Shown here piece by piece: positions 25,928 to 35,874 of a stretch of 64,000 nt of DNA (position 1 is the first letter of the stretch; every line of letters begins with the position of its first letter). A program made the translations under genes and the position numbers. The notes beneath the pieces were generated by a model. That model made no database searches and was not told the origin of the DNA. It was given only the letters and a program-made list of their open reading frames with translations. The DNA comes from Deltaproteobacteria bacterium (GTDB taxonomy: Bacteria; Myxococcota; Myxococcia; Myxococcales; 40CM-4-68-19). The stretch is from the NCBI GenBank assembly GCA_043781235.1, contig JAYWBT010000114.1, positions 6,226 through 70,225 on the forward strand, in the 5' to 3' direction.

Positions 25928-27241
25928 TCACGGAGATCGCGGCGCGCGCCAGTCGCCGCGCTCGCCCAAGCCCCGCGCGAAGTTCCCGATCACGAGTCCC
26001 TTGTGCGCCGCCTTCAGGCGCCGGAACAACTCGCGCATCCCGAGCGGCCGCCCGCCGGCGCCGTGCCGCTGCGCGAGGGGCAGGTACTGCTCGGGATCGA
26101 TGGCGAGGCTGCGCACCTGCACCTGATCGACGCCGGCTGCGCCCACCAGCTCGCAGAGCTTGTCGGCCTCGCCCTCGCTGTCCACCACGCCCGGAAAGGT
26201 GAGCAGGTTGAGCGCGGTGTAGAGGCCGCGCCGCTTCGCCAGATGGATCGACTCCTCGACGTCCTTCCAGCCGTACTTCACCGGCTGGTAGTACGCCTCG
26301 TAGAGCGGCGCGTGCGCGCTGTTCAAGCTGATGCGGCAGGCATCGAGGCCCGCGTCGATGAGCAGCCCGAGGTTCTCGGGGAGCGAGCCGTTGGTGTTGA
26401 TGTTGATCGAGCCGCGCCGGGTCGCCGCGCGCATCTTGCGGATGGCGTCGGCGATCACCTGCGCGCGCGTGAGCGGCTCGCCTTCGCAGCCCTGGCCGAA
26501 CGACATCATGGTGCGGCCCGACGCGCTCGAAAGATGCGGGATGCCGAGCGCGGCCATCAGCTCGGCCTCGGGCGCGTCGCTCATGCGCTCGTGCGACGAT
26601 GGCGGGCCGCCCTCGGGCTGCTCCGAGATGCAGCCGATGCACCGCGCGTTGCAGCCCACGCTGGCGGGGATGGCCCCCTCGTCGCGACGGTAGAAAGTGT
26701 TCTGCGCGGTGAAGCAGCGCCATTCGAGTGCGCAGCGCGCGATCTGCTTCAACAGGTGGTTGTGTGGCTCGCGCGCGAGGCGCTCTTCGACGAGCTTCGC
26801 CAGCTCCGTCGTCGAGTGCGTCGCCGGATCCCAGTGCGTCCTCGCGTCGGTGTGGAGCGCCCAGGCGACGTGCCCCTGCAGGCGGTCGTCCCAGGCCGCC
26901 GCTGTGTAGGCCCACTGCGGCAGCACGGGCGCAATCGCGCTGCGGCGATACGCAGGCAGGGCCGTCCGCGTCCAGCCCGGAGGCAGCACCGCCGCGACCG
27001 CTGTGGGCTTGAAGCTCTTAGGCCCGAGCTTCATCTCCTTGAGCTCAACGATGGCGCCGGTGCGCGGATCGAGCCCCAGCGGCCGACGCCCGGGCAGCGA
27101 GACGAGCTGAGCGAACGACGGCAGCGGCTCGGGCAGCTCGGAGGGCAGCGCGGCGCCGTCGCCCTCGCGCACCAGCGCGAGCAGCTCCGGGTGCTCGAAC
27201 ACCCGTCCGCCTTCATCGGCAAAGAGAAGCTGGTGGCTCAT
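25928..27241 (-). CDS. Radical SAM protein with a ~190-aa N-terminal domain of unknown function
   Basis: The CNARCIGC cluster motif (CX3CX2C) is in the middle of the protein, followed by GQGCEGEPL and a TIM-barrel-like remainder. The subfamily was not recognised. Confidence 0.8.
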   Translation of the reverse strand: MSHQLLFADEGGRVFEHPELLALVREGDGAALPSELPEPLPSFAQLVSLPGRRPLGLDPRTGAIVELKEMKLGPKSFKPTAVAAVLPPGWTRTALPAYRRSAIAPVLPQWAYTAAAWDDRLQGHVAWALHTDARTHWDPATHSTTELAKLVEERLAREPHNHLLKQIARCALEWRCFTAQNTFYRRDEGAIPASVGCNARCIGCISEQPEGGPPSSHERMSDAPEAELMAALGIPHLSSASGRTMMSFGQGCEGEPLTRAQVIADAIRKMRAATRRGSININTNGSLPENLGLLIDAGLDACRISLNSAHAPLYEAYYQPVKYGWKDVEESIHLAKRRGLYTALNLLTFPGVVDSEGEADKLCELVGAAGVDQVQVRSLAIDPEQYLPLAQRHGAGGRPLGMRELFRRLKAAHKGLVIGNFARGLGERGDWRAPRSP

Positions 27242-27247
27242 CGGGGC

Positions 27248-27275
27248 TTGACCATCGGGCGTTGCCTGTTATCTT
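27248..27275 (+). promoter_or_regulatory. Candidate sigma-70 promoter of ald (TTGACC-N16-TATCTT)
   Basis: Hexamers read directly. An AGGAG RBS follows before ATG 27312. Confidence 0.4.
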
Positions 27276-27311
27276 GCGCGCCCTTTTTCCACAACAGCGC
27301 AGGAGCGCGAA

Positions 27312-28436
27312 ATGATCATCGGCTGCCCCAAAGAGATCAAGACCCGTGAGTACCGCGTCGGCCTGGTTCCGGGCGGCGTTGCCACCCTGGTCGGCCACGG
27401 ACACACCGTCCTCCTGGAGAAGGGCGCGGGCATCGGCAGCGGCATCCCCGACGACCTCTACCTGGCGGCCGGCGCCCAGATCGTCGAGAAGGCGGCGGAG
27501 GTCTGGTCGAAGGCGCAGATGATCGTGAAGGTGAAGGAGCCCATCAAGCCCGAGTACGCGCTACTGCAGGAAGGGCAAACGATCTACACGTACTTCCACC
27601 TCGCGGCCGACAAGCCGCTCACCCAGGCGCTGCTCGACCGCAAGATCTCGGCGGTCGCTTACGAGACCATCCAAACCGACGACGGCCAACTCCCGCTGCT
27701 GAAGCCGATGAGCGAGGTGGCAGGCCGCATGGCGGTACAGGTCGGCGCGGTCTCGCTGCAGAAGGAACACGGGGGCAAGGGCATTCTGCTGCCCGGTGTG
27801 CCCGGCGTGCGCCGCGGCAAGGTGGTCATCCTCGGCGGCGGCGTGGTCGGCACCAATGCGGCCAAGGTCGCCTCCGGCATGGGCGCCGAGGTGGTCATCC
27901 TCGACATCTCGGTGAGCCGGCTCGCCGTGCTCGACGACATCTTCGGCTCGCGGCTGACCCCGCTCTACTCCGACAAGGCGAACATCGAGAAGCACGTCCG
28001 GGAGGCCGATCTGGTCATCGGCGGCGTGCTGATCCCCGGCGCCAAGGCCCCGCGGCTGGTCAGCGAGAAACTGATCAGCCAGATGAGCGAAGGTTCAGTC
28101 GTGGTCGACGTCGCGGTCGATCAGGGCGGCTGTATCGAGACCTGCAAGCCGACCACCCACGACAACCCGACGTATATCGTCCACGGCGTGGTCCACTACT
28201 GCGTCGCCAATATGCCCGGCGCGGTGGCGCAGACCTCGACCTTCGCGCTGAACAACGCCACCATCCAGTACGGCGTGAAACTCGCGGACCTGGGCGTGGT
28301 CGAGGCTGTCAAGCGCGACAAGGCACTGGCGCTGGGCGTGAATACCTACGCGGGCCACTGCACCTATAAGGCCGTGGCCGAGGCGCTGGAGCTGGAGTAC
28401 ACCCCGCTCGAGAAGGCCCTCACCGCGAGGCGCTAG
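27312..28436 (+). CDS. ald: Alanine dehydrogenase
   Basis: [23 protein letters not shown]... and the NAD-binding [14 protein letters not shown]. Full-length, typical Ald. Confidence 0.93.
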   Translation: MIIGCPKEIKTREYRVGLVPGGVATLVGHGHTVLLEKGAGIGSGIPDDLYLAAGAQIVEKAAEVWSKAQMIVKVKEPIKPEYALLQEGQTIYTYFHLAADKPLTQALLDRKISAVAYETIQTDDGQLPLLKPMSEVAGRMAVQVGAVSLQKEHGGKGILLPGVPGVRRGKVVILGGGVVGTNAAKVASGMGAEVVILDISVSRLAVLDDIFGSRLTPLYSDKANIEKHVREADLVIGGVLIPGAKAPRLVSEKLISQMSEGSVVVDVAVDQGGCIETCKPTTHDNPTYIVHGVVHYCVANMPGAVAQTSTFALNNATIQYGVKLADLGVVEAVKRDKALALGVNTYAGHCTYKAVAEALELEYTPLEKALTARR

Positions 28437-28590
28437 CAGCCTGTCGCCGATTTCTCCAAGGGAGCAGACCACCGGGCAGGCGCCCGAGCCCCCGGAATAC
28501 ATCTCAGGGTGCCCCGGTTTCCAAGCCGACCCGGGCAAGCTAGATTTGGACAGGGCTCGGGTGTGGCTGCAGTTTCACCTCCGACGCGGG

Positions 28591-29259
28591 ATGGGCATGC
28601 TCGACTTCAAGCACACCGACAGGACCCGGCGCGAGTTCGAGACGCTCTCGCTGGATCATCTGGATGCCCTGTACTCCGCCGGCCTGCGGCTGACGAAGAA
28701 CGATCGCGACGCCGAGGATCTCGTCCAGGACACGTTCCTGCGCGCGTTCCGTTTCTTCGACAAGTTCGAGCGCGGCACCAACATGAAGGCGTGGCTTTTC
28801 AAGATCCTGACCAACACCTTCATCAACAAGTACCGGCGCAAGGTGAAGGAGCGCTCGGTGGTGGAGGGCGCCGCCCGCGAGGCGACCAGCGAGAACTTCG
28901 TCACCCGCGAGCCCACCGAGAGCGCCGCCAACCCGGAGCAGTACTTCTTCGACAAGCTGCTCTCGGACGATGTCATCCGCAGCATCGACGCGCTGCCCAT
29001 CGACTTCCGGCTGGTGGTGATCCTCGCCGACCTCCAGGAGTTTTCCTACAAGGAGATCGCCGAGATCCTCGACTGCCCGGTCGGCACCGTGATGAGCCGG
29101 CTCTTCCGCGGCCGCAAGCTGCTGCAGAAAAACCTGCTCGGCTATGCCGTGGAGTCGGGCGTGGTCCACGGCAAGCAGGCGATGGAGCTCGGCTCGGAGG
29201 AGGAGCTCGCCGAGAACGTGCTGCAGTTCAAGCAGCGCCGCGCGTCGTCGGAGGAGTGA
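28591..29259 (+). CDS. ECF-type RNA polymerase sigma-70 factor
   Basis: Region 2 is DAEDLVQDTFLRAFRFFDKFERGTNMKAWLFKILTNTFINKYRR; region 4 is YKEIAEILDCPVGTVMSRLFRGRKLL. The start is uncertain (TTG 28546, ATG 28591 or 28597). Confidence 0.9.
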   Translation: MGMLDFKHTDRTRREFETLSLDHLDALYSAGLRLTKNDRDAEDLVQDTFLRAFRFFDKFERGTNMKAWLFKILTNTFINKYRRKVKERSVVEGAAREATSENFVTREPTESAANPEQYFFDKLLSDDVIRSIDALPIDFRLVVILADLQEFSYKEIAEILDCPVGTVMSRLFRGRKLLQKNLLGYAVESGVVHGKQAMELGSEEELAENVLQFKQRRASSEE

Positions 29260-29263
29260 GCCC

Positions 29264-30070
29264 ATGAGCCCGCTCGCCTGCCGGGATCTCGAAGAGTCCT
29301 TCCTCCACGCGTACGTCGATGGGGAGTTCTCCGCCGAGGAGTGCGCCGAGGTGAGGGCGCACCTCGAGGGCTGCCCAGCGTGCACGCACGTCGTGCGCAG
29401 CCAGCAGAGCTACAAGAGCTTGATGCGGCGCTCGGCCGTGCCCGCGACGCACGCCTTCCGCGACGAGGTGCGGGCGGCGCTGCTGGACGAGGAGCTGCCC
29501 GGCGCGGGGCGCTGGTCGCGCGCCTTCCGCGAGCCGCGGACCATCGGCGTGGCCGCCGCCGTCGCGGGCGCGGCGGTGTGGTTCCTCGCCGGCGGGCTGG
29601 CGCATCCCGTGTTCTCGAGCCTGTCGGGCGCCCGGCACTCGCCGCTGCTCGACGACAGCGTCGCGCTGCACGCGCGCCAGCTCCCGCTCGACTACGCCGC
29701 GTCCGACGTGGGGTCCGCGCAGCGCTGGCTCGAAGGCAAGCTCGACTTCGGCGTTCACCTGCCCCGCTTCCAGAGCGGACCGCAGCTGCAGGGTGTGCGC
29801 CTCTCCAGTCTGCACTCGCGCCAGGCCGCGGTGGTGACCTACCTGCTCCCCGACGGCGACGGCCGCCGCGTCTCGCTGCTGATCACCGACGACCCGGAGC
29901 CGACCTTGCCGGGCGTCGCCCGACACATCGCCAACCGCGAGGTGTGGCTGTCGAAGTCACGCGGCTTCAACGTCGCCTCGTGGCGCAACGACGAGATCGT
30001 CTATTCGTTGGTCTCGGACCTCGACGAACACGACGTGCTGGCGCTCGTCCAGGCCGCAGAGCTGCGCTGA
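29264..30070 (+). CDS. Anti-sigma factor (zf-HC2 N-domain, single TM, periplasmic domain)
   Basis: MSPLACRDLEESFLHAYVDGEFSAEECAEVRAHLEGCPACTHV contains the HxxxCxxC motif. The TM helix is TIGVAAAVAGAAVWFLAGGL. It begins 4 nt after the sigma stop. Confidence 0.85.
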   Translation: MSPLACRDLEESFLHAYVDGEFSAEECAEVRAHLEGCPACTHVVRSQQSYKSLMRRSAVPATHAFRDEVRAALLDEELPGAGRWSRAFREPRTIGVAAAVAGAAVWFLAGGLAHPVFSSLSGARHSPLLDDSVALHARQLPLDYAASDVGSAQRWLEGKLDFGVHLPRFQSGPQLQGVRLSSLHSRQAAVVTYLLPDGDGRRVSLLITDDPEPTLPGVARHIANREVWLSKSRGFNVASWRNDEIVYSLVSDLDEHDVLALVQAAELR

Positions 30071-30172
30071 CCGCGCAGCCGCTGAAGTCTCAAGAAACCC
30101 GGCTTCGTTTCGTTGACACTTCCTCCGGGTGGCCCCTAATCTTTTGACCTCCTCAAGCCCCGGGCGCTCCAG

Positions 30173-32050
30173 GTGACGAAGAGAATCCTCCTCATCGATT
30201 CCGACGAAGCATTCGCGCAGGGGCTCTCCTCGGCCATGAACGCGCGCGGCTTCGCCGCGACGATGGCGACCAACAGCGAGCAGGGCATGACGCTCGCCAG
30301 ACAGCAGAGCCCGGACCTGATCGTCGTCTGTGTCGAGGCGCAGCCGACCAACGGCTACATGCTCTGCACCCGGCTCAAGAAGGACGAGCAGCTCAAGGGC
30401 ATCCCGGTCATCCTCACCAGCGCCAACGCCACGCCCGACTCGTTCGAGAAACACAAGAAGCTCAAGACGCGCGCCGAGGAGTACCTGATCAAGCCGTTCG
30501 AGCCACAGGTGATGCTGGAGAAGGCCTCCGCCCTGCTCGGCGTGCAGCTGCCGCCCGAGGCCCCGGCGAGCCAGGACGAAGAGATCGTCTCCATCGAGGA
30601 CGAGCAGCTGGGACTCGGCGATCTGGTCTCCGGTGAGGACGAGCCCATCCACCTCAGCGAGCACGAGGTCGCAGAGGCGCACAGCGGCCTCGAGGACTCG
30701 GTGGTGGTCGAGGAGGTCGAGGACCTCACCGCCCAGCCGCCGGAGGACTCCGGCGAGGACGACCTGAAGATGTTCGATCAGGCGTTCGATTCGCTCGGCG
30801 GTCCCCCCACCGCGGCGTCGGGCCACACTGGCGAGACCGAGCGGTTCTCCGGCCTGCACGCCGTGCCCGAGCCGGAGCATTCCGCGGCGCACCCGCAGCA
30901 GGCATCCCGGGCTCCTTACCAGGAGGAGCAGGTCGAACAAGGGCCCACCGAGCTCACCGCGCCCGACGACGAGGCGGTGCTGCACGGGCTGCTGCACGAC
31001 GAGGCCGCGCCCGAGATCCACGACGAGAGCTCCGCGGCCACCTACGACGGCGATACGCAGGCGGCGCTCGAGGCCCGCGTCACCGAGCTGGAGACCCTGC
31101 TCGCCTCGGGGCTCGCCGAACTGGAGAACGCGAAGCGCAGCTCGGCCTCGGCGGGCGAGACGCTCAAGCTCAAGGAAGCGAAGAACCGGTCCGACAAGGA
31201 GGTGCTGCGTCTCAAGGAGGAGCTGTACGCCAAGGAGAAAGAACTGATCGACCTGCAGGAGCTGCAGACCTCGCTCGAAGGCCAGGCGCAGCAGCTCAAG
31301 GACGACTCGGTCAAGCGCGAGGCCGCAGCCAAGGCGCTGCAGCAGCGCGCCGACGCGCTCTCCGCCGCGGCGAAGAAGTTCGAGCGCGAGCTGGTCTCGG
31401 CGCGCGAGGAGCTCAAGCACGTCGCGGCGCTGAAGGGCAAGGCGGCCGACCTGGAGAAGGTGCAGACGGCGCACGATCAGCTGCAGAAGAAGCACGCCGA
31501 GGTCGAGGCCAACGCGGACAAGCACCAGGCGCGGGCGGGCGATCTCGAGACCGAGCTCGCGGGCGCGCGCGAGATGCACGGCGAGCAGCTCGAGGCGGCG
31601 CGGGCCGACGCAGACGAGGCGAAGAAGAGCCACGCCGCGGCGCAGGCTGAGGCGGAGGACGCAAAGAAGAGCCACGCCGCGACGCAGGCCGATCTGGCGA
31701 AGCACGTCGACGAGCTGCAGCAGGCCCGCGGTGAGCTGGAGACGTCGCAGCACGAGCTCGAGGGGCTGCGCGCCGAGATGGAGACCCTGCGCACCGACAA
31801 CACCGCCCTGACCGGAGAGAAGGACCTGCTCAGCCAGGAGCGCGAAGAGCTGCGCAAGCAGGTCGAGGAGGCGCAGGGACAGGCGGCGCAGAACGAGGAC
31901 CGCGCGGTCAAGGCGTACCAGAAGATCAAGAGCGACGAGAAGCTGCGCGAGAAGACGCGCAAAGCGCTGCAGATCGCCCTTCAGCTCCTCGAAGAGAACG
32001 TCACCGATCCCAACGCTTCCGCCGACCACGCGGAGAAGCAATCCGCCTAG
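30173..32050 (+). CDS. frzS: FrzS-like protein: N-terminal pseudo-receiver domain + long coiled coil
   Basis: The N-terminal ~120 aa align by eye to M. xanthus FrzS as I recall it (KRILLIDSDEAF..., PDLIVVCVEAQPTNGYMLCTRLKKDEQLKGIPVIL, KLKTRAEEYLIKPFEP). The remainder is Glu/Lys/Ala/Gln-rich heptad coiled coil. GTG start. Confidence 0.65.
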   Translation: MTKRILLIDSDEAFAQGLSSAMNARGFAATMATNSEQGMTLARQQSPDLIVVCVEAQPTNGYMLCTRLKKDEQLKGIPVILTSANATPDSFEKHKKLKTRAEEYLIKPFEPQVMLEKASALLGVQLPPEAPASQDEEIVSIEDEQLGLGDLVSGEDEPIHLSEHEVAEAHSGLEDSVVVEEVEDLTAQPPEDSGEDDLKMFDQAFDSLGGPPTAASGHTGETERFSGLHAVPEPEHSAAHPQQASRAPYQEEQVEQGPTELTAPDDEAVLHGLLHDEAAPEIHDESSAATYDGDTQAALEARVTELETLLASGLAELENAKRSSASAGETLKLKEAKNRSDKEVLRLKEELYAKEKELIDLQELQTSLEGQAQQLKDDSVKREAAAKALQQRADALSAAAKKFERELVSAREELKHVAALKGKAADLEKVQTAHDQLQKKHAEVEANADKHQARAGDLETELAGAREMHGEQLEAARADADEAKKSHAAAQAEAEDAKKSHAATQADLAKHVDELQQARGELETSQHELEGLRAEMETLRTDNTALTGEKDLLSQEREELRKQVEEAQGQAAQNEDRAVKAYQKIKSDEKLREKTRKALQIALQLLEENVTDPNASADHAEKQSA

Positions 32051-32151
32051 GAGCGTGTCGCCGAAGTTTCAGCCTGGGCGACGCGACGGCGCCGCCGCCA
32101 GCGCCCGGGGACGCGCGGCGGCGGCCCGGAAACGGCAACCGTTCTTTGTCT

Positions 32152-33306
32152 TCAGCCGTTGGCCTTCTTTTCGACCAGCTTCTTGGCGGCGGTGGCGAGG
32201 CCCTGCGGGATGTTCTTGTTCTTCGTCAGCGCCTTGACCTCGGCCGCGCGCAGCGAGGAGAGGAAGCGCATCGACACCGCGACCGGCACCTTGGGATTGT
32301 TGACCAGCCCGACGCGGATTTGATAATTTTTGGTTAACTGCCGATTGTTGTAGATGTGCGAAAGCACCTCGTTCGGCGCCGTGCGCGAGAGCGCCACCTT
32401 GGCGATCTCCCCCGCGGTGATGCGCGGGCTCTGGATGACCGCGAGCTGCACCAGCTTGTTGGGATCGCGCAGCAGAAGCGTGCGTATCTCGCGGTTGCCC
32501 TTCTTGTTCGCCCACTCCACCTTCTTGGCCACCGTCAGCCGCATGATCTGCTGGGTGATCGAGAGGCGCTTCCCCTCCTGGCCCAGCTCCTCCAAATCGG
32601 GCTCGTCGCCGTGATCGGGCGCGGTCAGGCCCTGGGCCTCCAGCGCCGCCTCGGCCTCCGCCTGCATAAGCTCCTGCTGCGCCGCCGCCTCGATGGCCTT
32701 GGCCTCGTCCTCCGCCGCGCCGCCCAGGATGCGCCGCCGCGCCGCCTTGAACGCCGGCAGGTCCTCGAGCACCAGGCCCGAGCGCACGCAGAAGTCGGTC
32801 ACGCTGTCGATGGTGGATGCCTTCACGGCGGGGTTCATCACCAGCGAGCGCACGATGTCGGCGTGCCGCAGGATGCGCAGCTGGTTGCCGGCGACGATCT
32901 CGGCGATGCGCTCGTTGGCCCGCTGCGCGATGTGCGCGATGATCTCGTCGGGCGCGGCGCCGTTGAGCACGATCATCTCGATGTACTCGTCCTTCGGCGC
33001 GAGAAGCTGCGCGTAGAACTCGAGGACTGGACCGTCCATGGTCTCGTCGCGCAGCGCGACCGCGAGGATGCGATCGGGCAGCCCCGCCGCGCTCTTCGCC
33101 GCCGTCTCGCGCACGCTGGCGTCGGCGTCGAAGGTCAGCATGAAGAGGGAGGTGGTCATCTCCCTCGGTCCCATCGGGACCAGCGCCTTGGCGCCCATCA
33201 TCCGCAGCGGGACGGGCGCCTTGGGGTCGACGTGCTTCTGGAAGTTGACCGGGAGGACCGTGAGCGGCAGCGGGCAGACCACGGGCGCGGGTGATGCTTC
33301 GCTCAT
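32152..33306 (-). CDS. HEAT/ARM-like repeat protein, unknown function
   Basis: Helical repeats with a recurring ...N.(K/R)LV..A.....P.....E....A..... pattern. The C-terminus reads NNRQLTKNYQIRVGLVNNPKVPVAVSMRFL. The frame is GC3-rich. Confidence 0.6.
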   Translation of the reverse strand: MSEASPAPVVCPLPLTVLPVNFQKHVDPKAPVPLRMMGAKALVPMGPREMTTSLFMLTFDADASVRETAAKSAAGLPDRILAVALRDETMDGPVLEFYAQLLAPKDEYIEMIVLNGAAPDEIIAHIAQRANERIAEIVAGNQLRILRHADIVRSLVMNPAVKASTIDSVTDFCVRSGLVLEDLPAFKAARRRILGGAAEDEAKAIEAAAQQELMQAEAEAALEAQGLTAPDHGDEPDLEELGQEGKRLSITQQIMRLTVAKKVEWANKKGNREIRTLLLRDPNKLVQLAVIQSPRITAGEIAKVALSRTAPNEVLSHIYNNRQLTKNYQIRVGLVNNPKVPVAVSMRFLSSLRAAEVKALTKNKNIPQGLATAAKKLVEKKANG

Positions 33307-33333
33307 TGCGCGAGTGTACCTGAGAAGCGCCGC

Positions 33334-34002
33334 CTAGGAGGGAAACCCCGAGGGCCCCCATCGCTTGCGCGTGAGCCGCCAGGTCAGCTTCCCGATCCAT
33401 CTGTTGAGGATGAACTCGCGCGGCAGCCATGGAATGGGCGGCTCGCGGCGCAGTCCCAGCGCGACGAACTCGATGCCAACGCGCGGGTCGTCGGGCGCCA
33501 GCTCCTGCGCCTTGCGCAGCGCCCGGACCGCCTGCTCCTTGTTGCGCGTCTGCACCAGAGCCCTGGCCAGATTGACCAGCACCTCGGTGGTGGGCGGGCC
33601 GCGCCGCGCGGCCTCCTCGCAGAAGCGGATGCCGCGCTGCCGATCGCGCTCGACCAGCACCAGCGTGAGCCCGAAGTTCGCCAGCACCCGCGTGTCGTTG
33701 GGGTTGCGCCGGTAGGCCTTCTCGAAGAAGACATGCGCGCCCTTGGGGTCCGCCTCGAGCAGCGCGCGTCCCTCGTCGAGCAGGCGATCGATCTCGGGCT
33801 TGAGGATCACCGCGCTCGCCTGCGGCAGGTTCGGCGCGGTGGCCACTGGCAGCCGCTTGGCCTTCTCGGGCGGCGGCTGCCGCTCGGCCACGCGCAGCGA
33901 CGCGCGCAGCTGATCGAGCTCGGCCCCGGAGGCGCCGCGCGGGAGCTCGGGGTCCTTGGAACCCTGCGGGCCCTTGGGGGCATTTGGATCCGGGTCGCTC
34001 AT
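33334..34002 (-). CDS. TPR-repeat protein
   Basis: [14 protein letters not shown]... is followed by TPR-like helices ([58 protein letters not shown]). Its ATG overlaps the coaX stop (ATGA 33999..34002). Confidence 0.7.
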   Translation of the reverse strand: MSDPDPNAPKGPQGSKDPELPRGASGAELDQLRASLRVAERQPPPEKAKRLPVATAPNLPQASAVILKPEIDRLLDEGRALLEADPKGAHVFFEKAYRRNPNDTRVLANFGLTLVLVERDRQRGIRFCEEAARRGPPTTEVLVNLARALVQTRNKEQAVRALRKAQELAPDDPRVGIEFVALGLRREPPIPWLPREFILNRWIGKLTWRLTRKRWGPSGFPS

Positions 34003-34769
34003 TGGTTTCGCTGCCAGATGATGCGCAAGCCGTCGAGAGTGAGCTGATCGTCCACCAACTCGATCTGCTTCGAAATATTGCCGATCAAGGGTGCCAGCCC
34101 GCCGGTCGCGACCACCTTCACCGGGAAACCCAGCTCCTCCTTCATGCGCGCGCAGAGGCCATCCACCAGGCCGACGTAGCCGTAGACGAGGCCGCTCTGC
34201 ATCGAGGCGACCGTGTTGCGACCCACCACGCGCTCGGGCCGATCGAAGGCGACGCGCGGCAGCTTCGAGGCGCGGTGGAAGAGCGCCTCCATCGAGATGG
34301 CGATGCCGGGGCAGATGGCGCCGCCCAGGTACTCGCCCTTCGGCGTCACCGCGTCGAACGTGGTGGCGGTGCCGAAGTCCACGATGATGAGCCCCTGCGG
34401 CCACTTCTCGTACGCGGCCACCGCGTTGACGATGCGGTCGGCACCGACCTCGCGCGGGTTGTCGTAGAGCACCGGCATGCCGGTCTTCACGCCGGGGCCG
34501 ACGAAGAGCGGCTTCTTCCCGAAGAACCGCTTGCTCATCTGCTCCAGCGGAAACACCATCGGCGGCACCACGCTGGAGACGATCACGTGGTGCACGTCTT
34601 TGATCGAGAGGCCGGCGAAGTCGAAGAGCGCCTTGATCTGCAGCCCGTACTCGTCGCCGGTGCGGTCCTTCTCCGTCTGCACGCGGAACGAATCGCGCAG
34701 CGCGCCGCCGTCGTCGAAGAGCCCGAGCACCGTATTGCTGTTGCCGACGTCGATGGCGAGGAGCATCAC
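33999..34769 (-). CDS. coaX: Type III pantothenate kinase
   Basis: [17 protein letters not shown]..., the DFGTATTFD motif, and 256 aa. Confidence 0.92.
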   Translation of the reverse strand: MMLLAIDVGNSNTVLGLFDDGGALRDSFRVQTEKDRTGDEYGLQIKALFDFAGLSIKDVHHVIVSSVVPPMVFPLEQMSKRFFGKKPLFVGPGVKTGMPVLYDNPREVGADRIVNAVAAYEKWPQGLIIVDFGTATTFDAVTPKGEYLGGAICPGIAISMEALFHRASKLPRVAFDRPERVVGRNTVASMQSGLVYGYVGLVDGLCARMKEELGFPVKVVATGGLAPLIGNISKQIELVDDQLTLDGLRIIWQRNQ

Positions 34770-34837
34770 GCGCGAGTATCGAGACGCTGGCGACCGCGCG
34801 TCAATCTTTCAGGCGCGCAGCTTATCCCACAGCGCGC

Positions 34838-35863
34838 TCAAAGGACCTGGCAGTGCTCGACGTCGCCGGCCACCACGCGCACCAGCGCGCCGCCGTCCGT
34901 GCGCACCAGGAGCGCGCCGTCCTCGGCCAGATCGACGGCTTCTCCCTCGAGCACAGCGCCCGCCTGCGCGGTGTCCACGCGCACGCGACGGCCGAGCGTG
35001 CTCGACAGGGCGCGCCAGCGCTCGCGCACCGGCGCGAAGCCTTCGGTCTCGTGCAGCACCAGCCACTCCTCGAGGTGCTCGAGCACGCGCGCGCACGCGA
35101 GCGGCCGCGCCACGCTCGAGCCGCCGCGCTCCATCCGCAGGCTGGTGGCGGCCAGCCCCTCGGGAAAGTCGCCCGCCTGGCTCGAGACGTTGAGCCCGAC
35201 TCCAAGGATGGCGTAGCGCACGCGATCGGGATCTGCGCGGAGCTCGGTGAGCAGGCCTGCGATCTTGCGGCCGCCGCATTCGATATCGTTGGGCCACTTG
35301 ATGCGCGCGTCCTCTGCGCCCAGCTCGCGCGCGGCCTCGCACACCGCCACGGCGGCGACGAGCGTGATCTCGGGCGCGTGCGCGGGGGCCATGGAGGGCC
35401 GCAGGATGACCGAGAAAGTGAGCGCGCTGCCTTTGGGCGCGACCCAGCTGCGGCCGCGCCGTCCGCGCCCGTGCGTCTGCAGGTCGGCGATGACCACCTC
35501 GCCGTGCTCGGCGTCGGCGTGGTCGGCGAGCCGGTGCGCCTCGTCGTTGGTGGACGCGACCTCGGCGAAGGAGTGGATGCGGCGGCCCAGATCGTTGGTG
35601 GAGAGGAGCGGGGCGATCTCCGCCTCGGAGATGCCGTCGGGCAGCGCGCCCAGCCGGTAGCCGCGGCCGCCGCTCGAATCGATCACGTAGCCGCGCGTGC
35701 GCAGCGAGTCGATGCGCTTGAGCAGTTCCGCGCGCGGCACGTCGAGCTTGTCGCAGAGCACCTGGCCGGCGACGAAGTCGTCGTCGGACTCCATCAGGAG
35801 CCCGAGCACGATGGCGTCCTGGTTGACGTCGGTCCAGTGGCTGCCCGGCGCGGGGCGAGGCAC
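34838..35863 (-). CDS. birA: Bifunctional biotin-[acetyl-CoA-carboxylase] ligase / repressor BirA
   Basis: The N-terminal wHTH is AIVLGLLMESDDDFVAGQVLCDKLDVPRAELLKRIDSLRTRGYVI, and the GRGRRGRSW biotin-binding loop is present. The start is uncertain (GTG 35863, or TTG 35878 overlapping the nadC stop). Confidence 0.88.
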   Translation of the reverse strand: MPRPAPGSHWTDVNQDAIVLGLLMESDDDFVAGQVLCDKLDVPRAELLKRIDSLRTRGYVIDSSGGRGYRLGALPDGISEAEIAPLLSTNDLGRRIHSFAEVASTNDEAHRLADHADAEHGEVVIADLQTHGRGRRGRSWVAPKGSALTFSVILRPSMAPAHAPEITLVAAVAVCEAARELGAEDARIKWPNDIECGGRKIAGLLTELRADPDRVRYAILGVGLNVSSQAGDFPEGLAATSLRMERGGSSVARPLACARVLEHLEEWLVLHETEGFAPVRERWRALSSTLGRRVRVDTAQAGAVLEGEAVDLAEDGALLVRTDGGALVRVVAGDVEHCQVL

Positions 35864-35874
35864 CAGGCGCGGGC

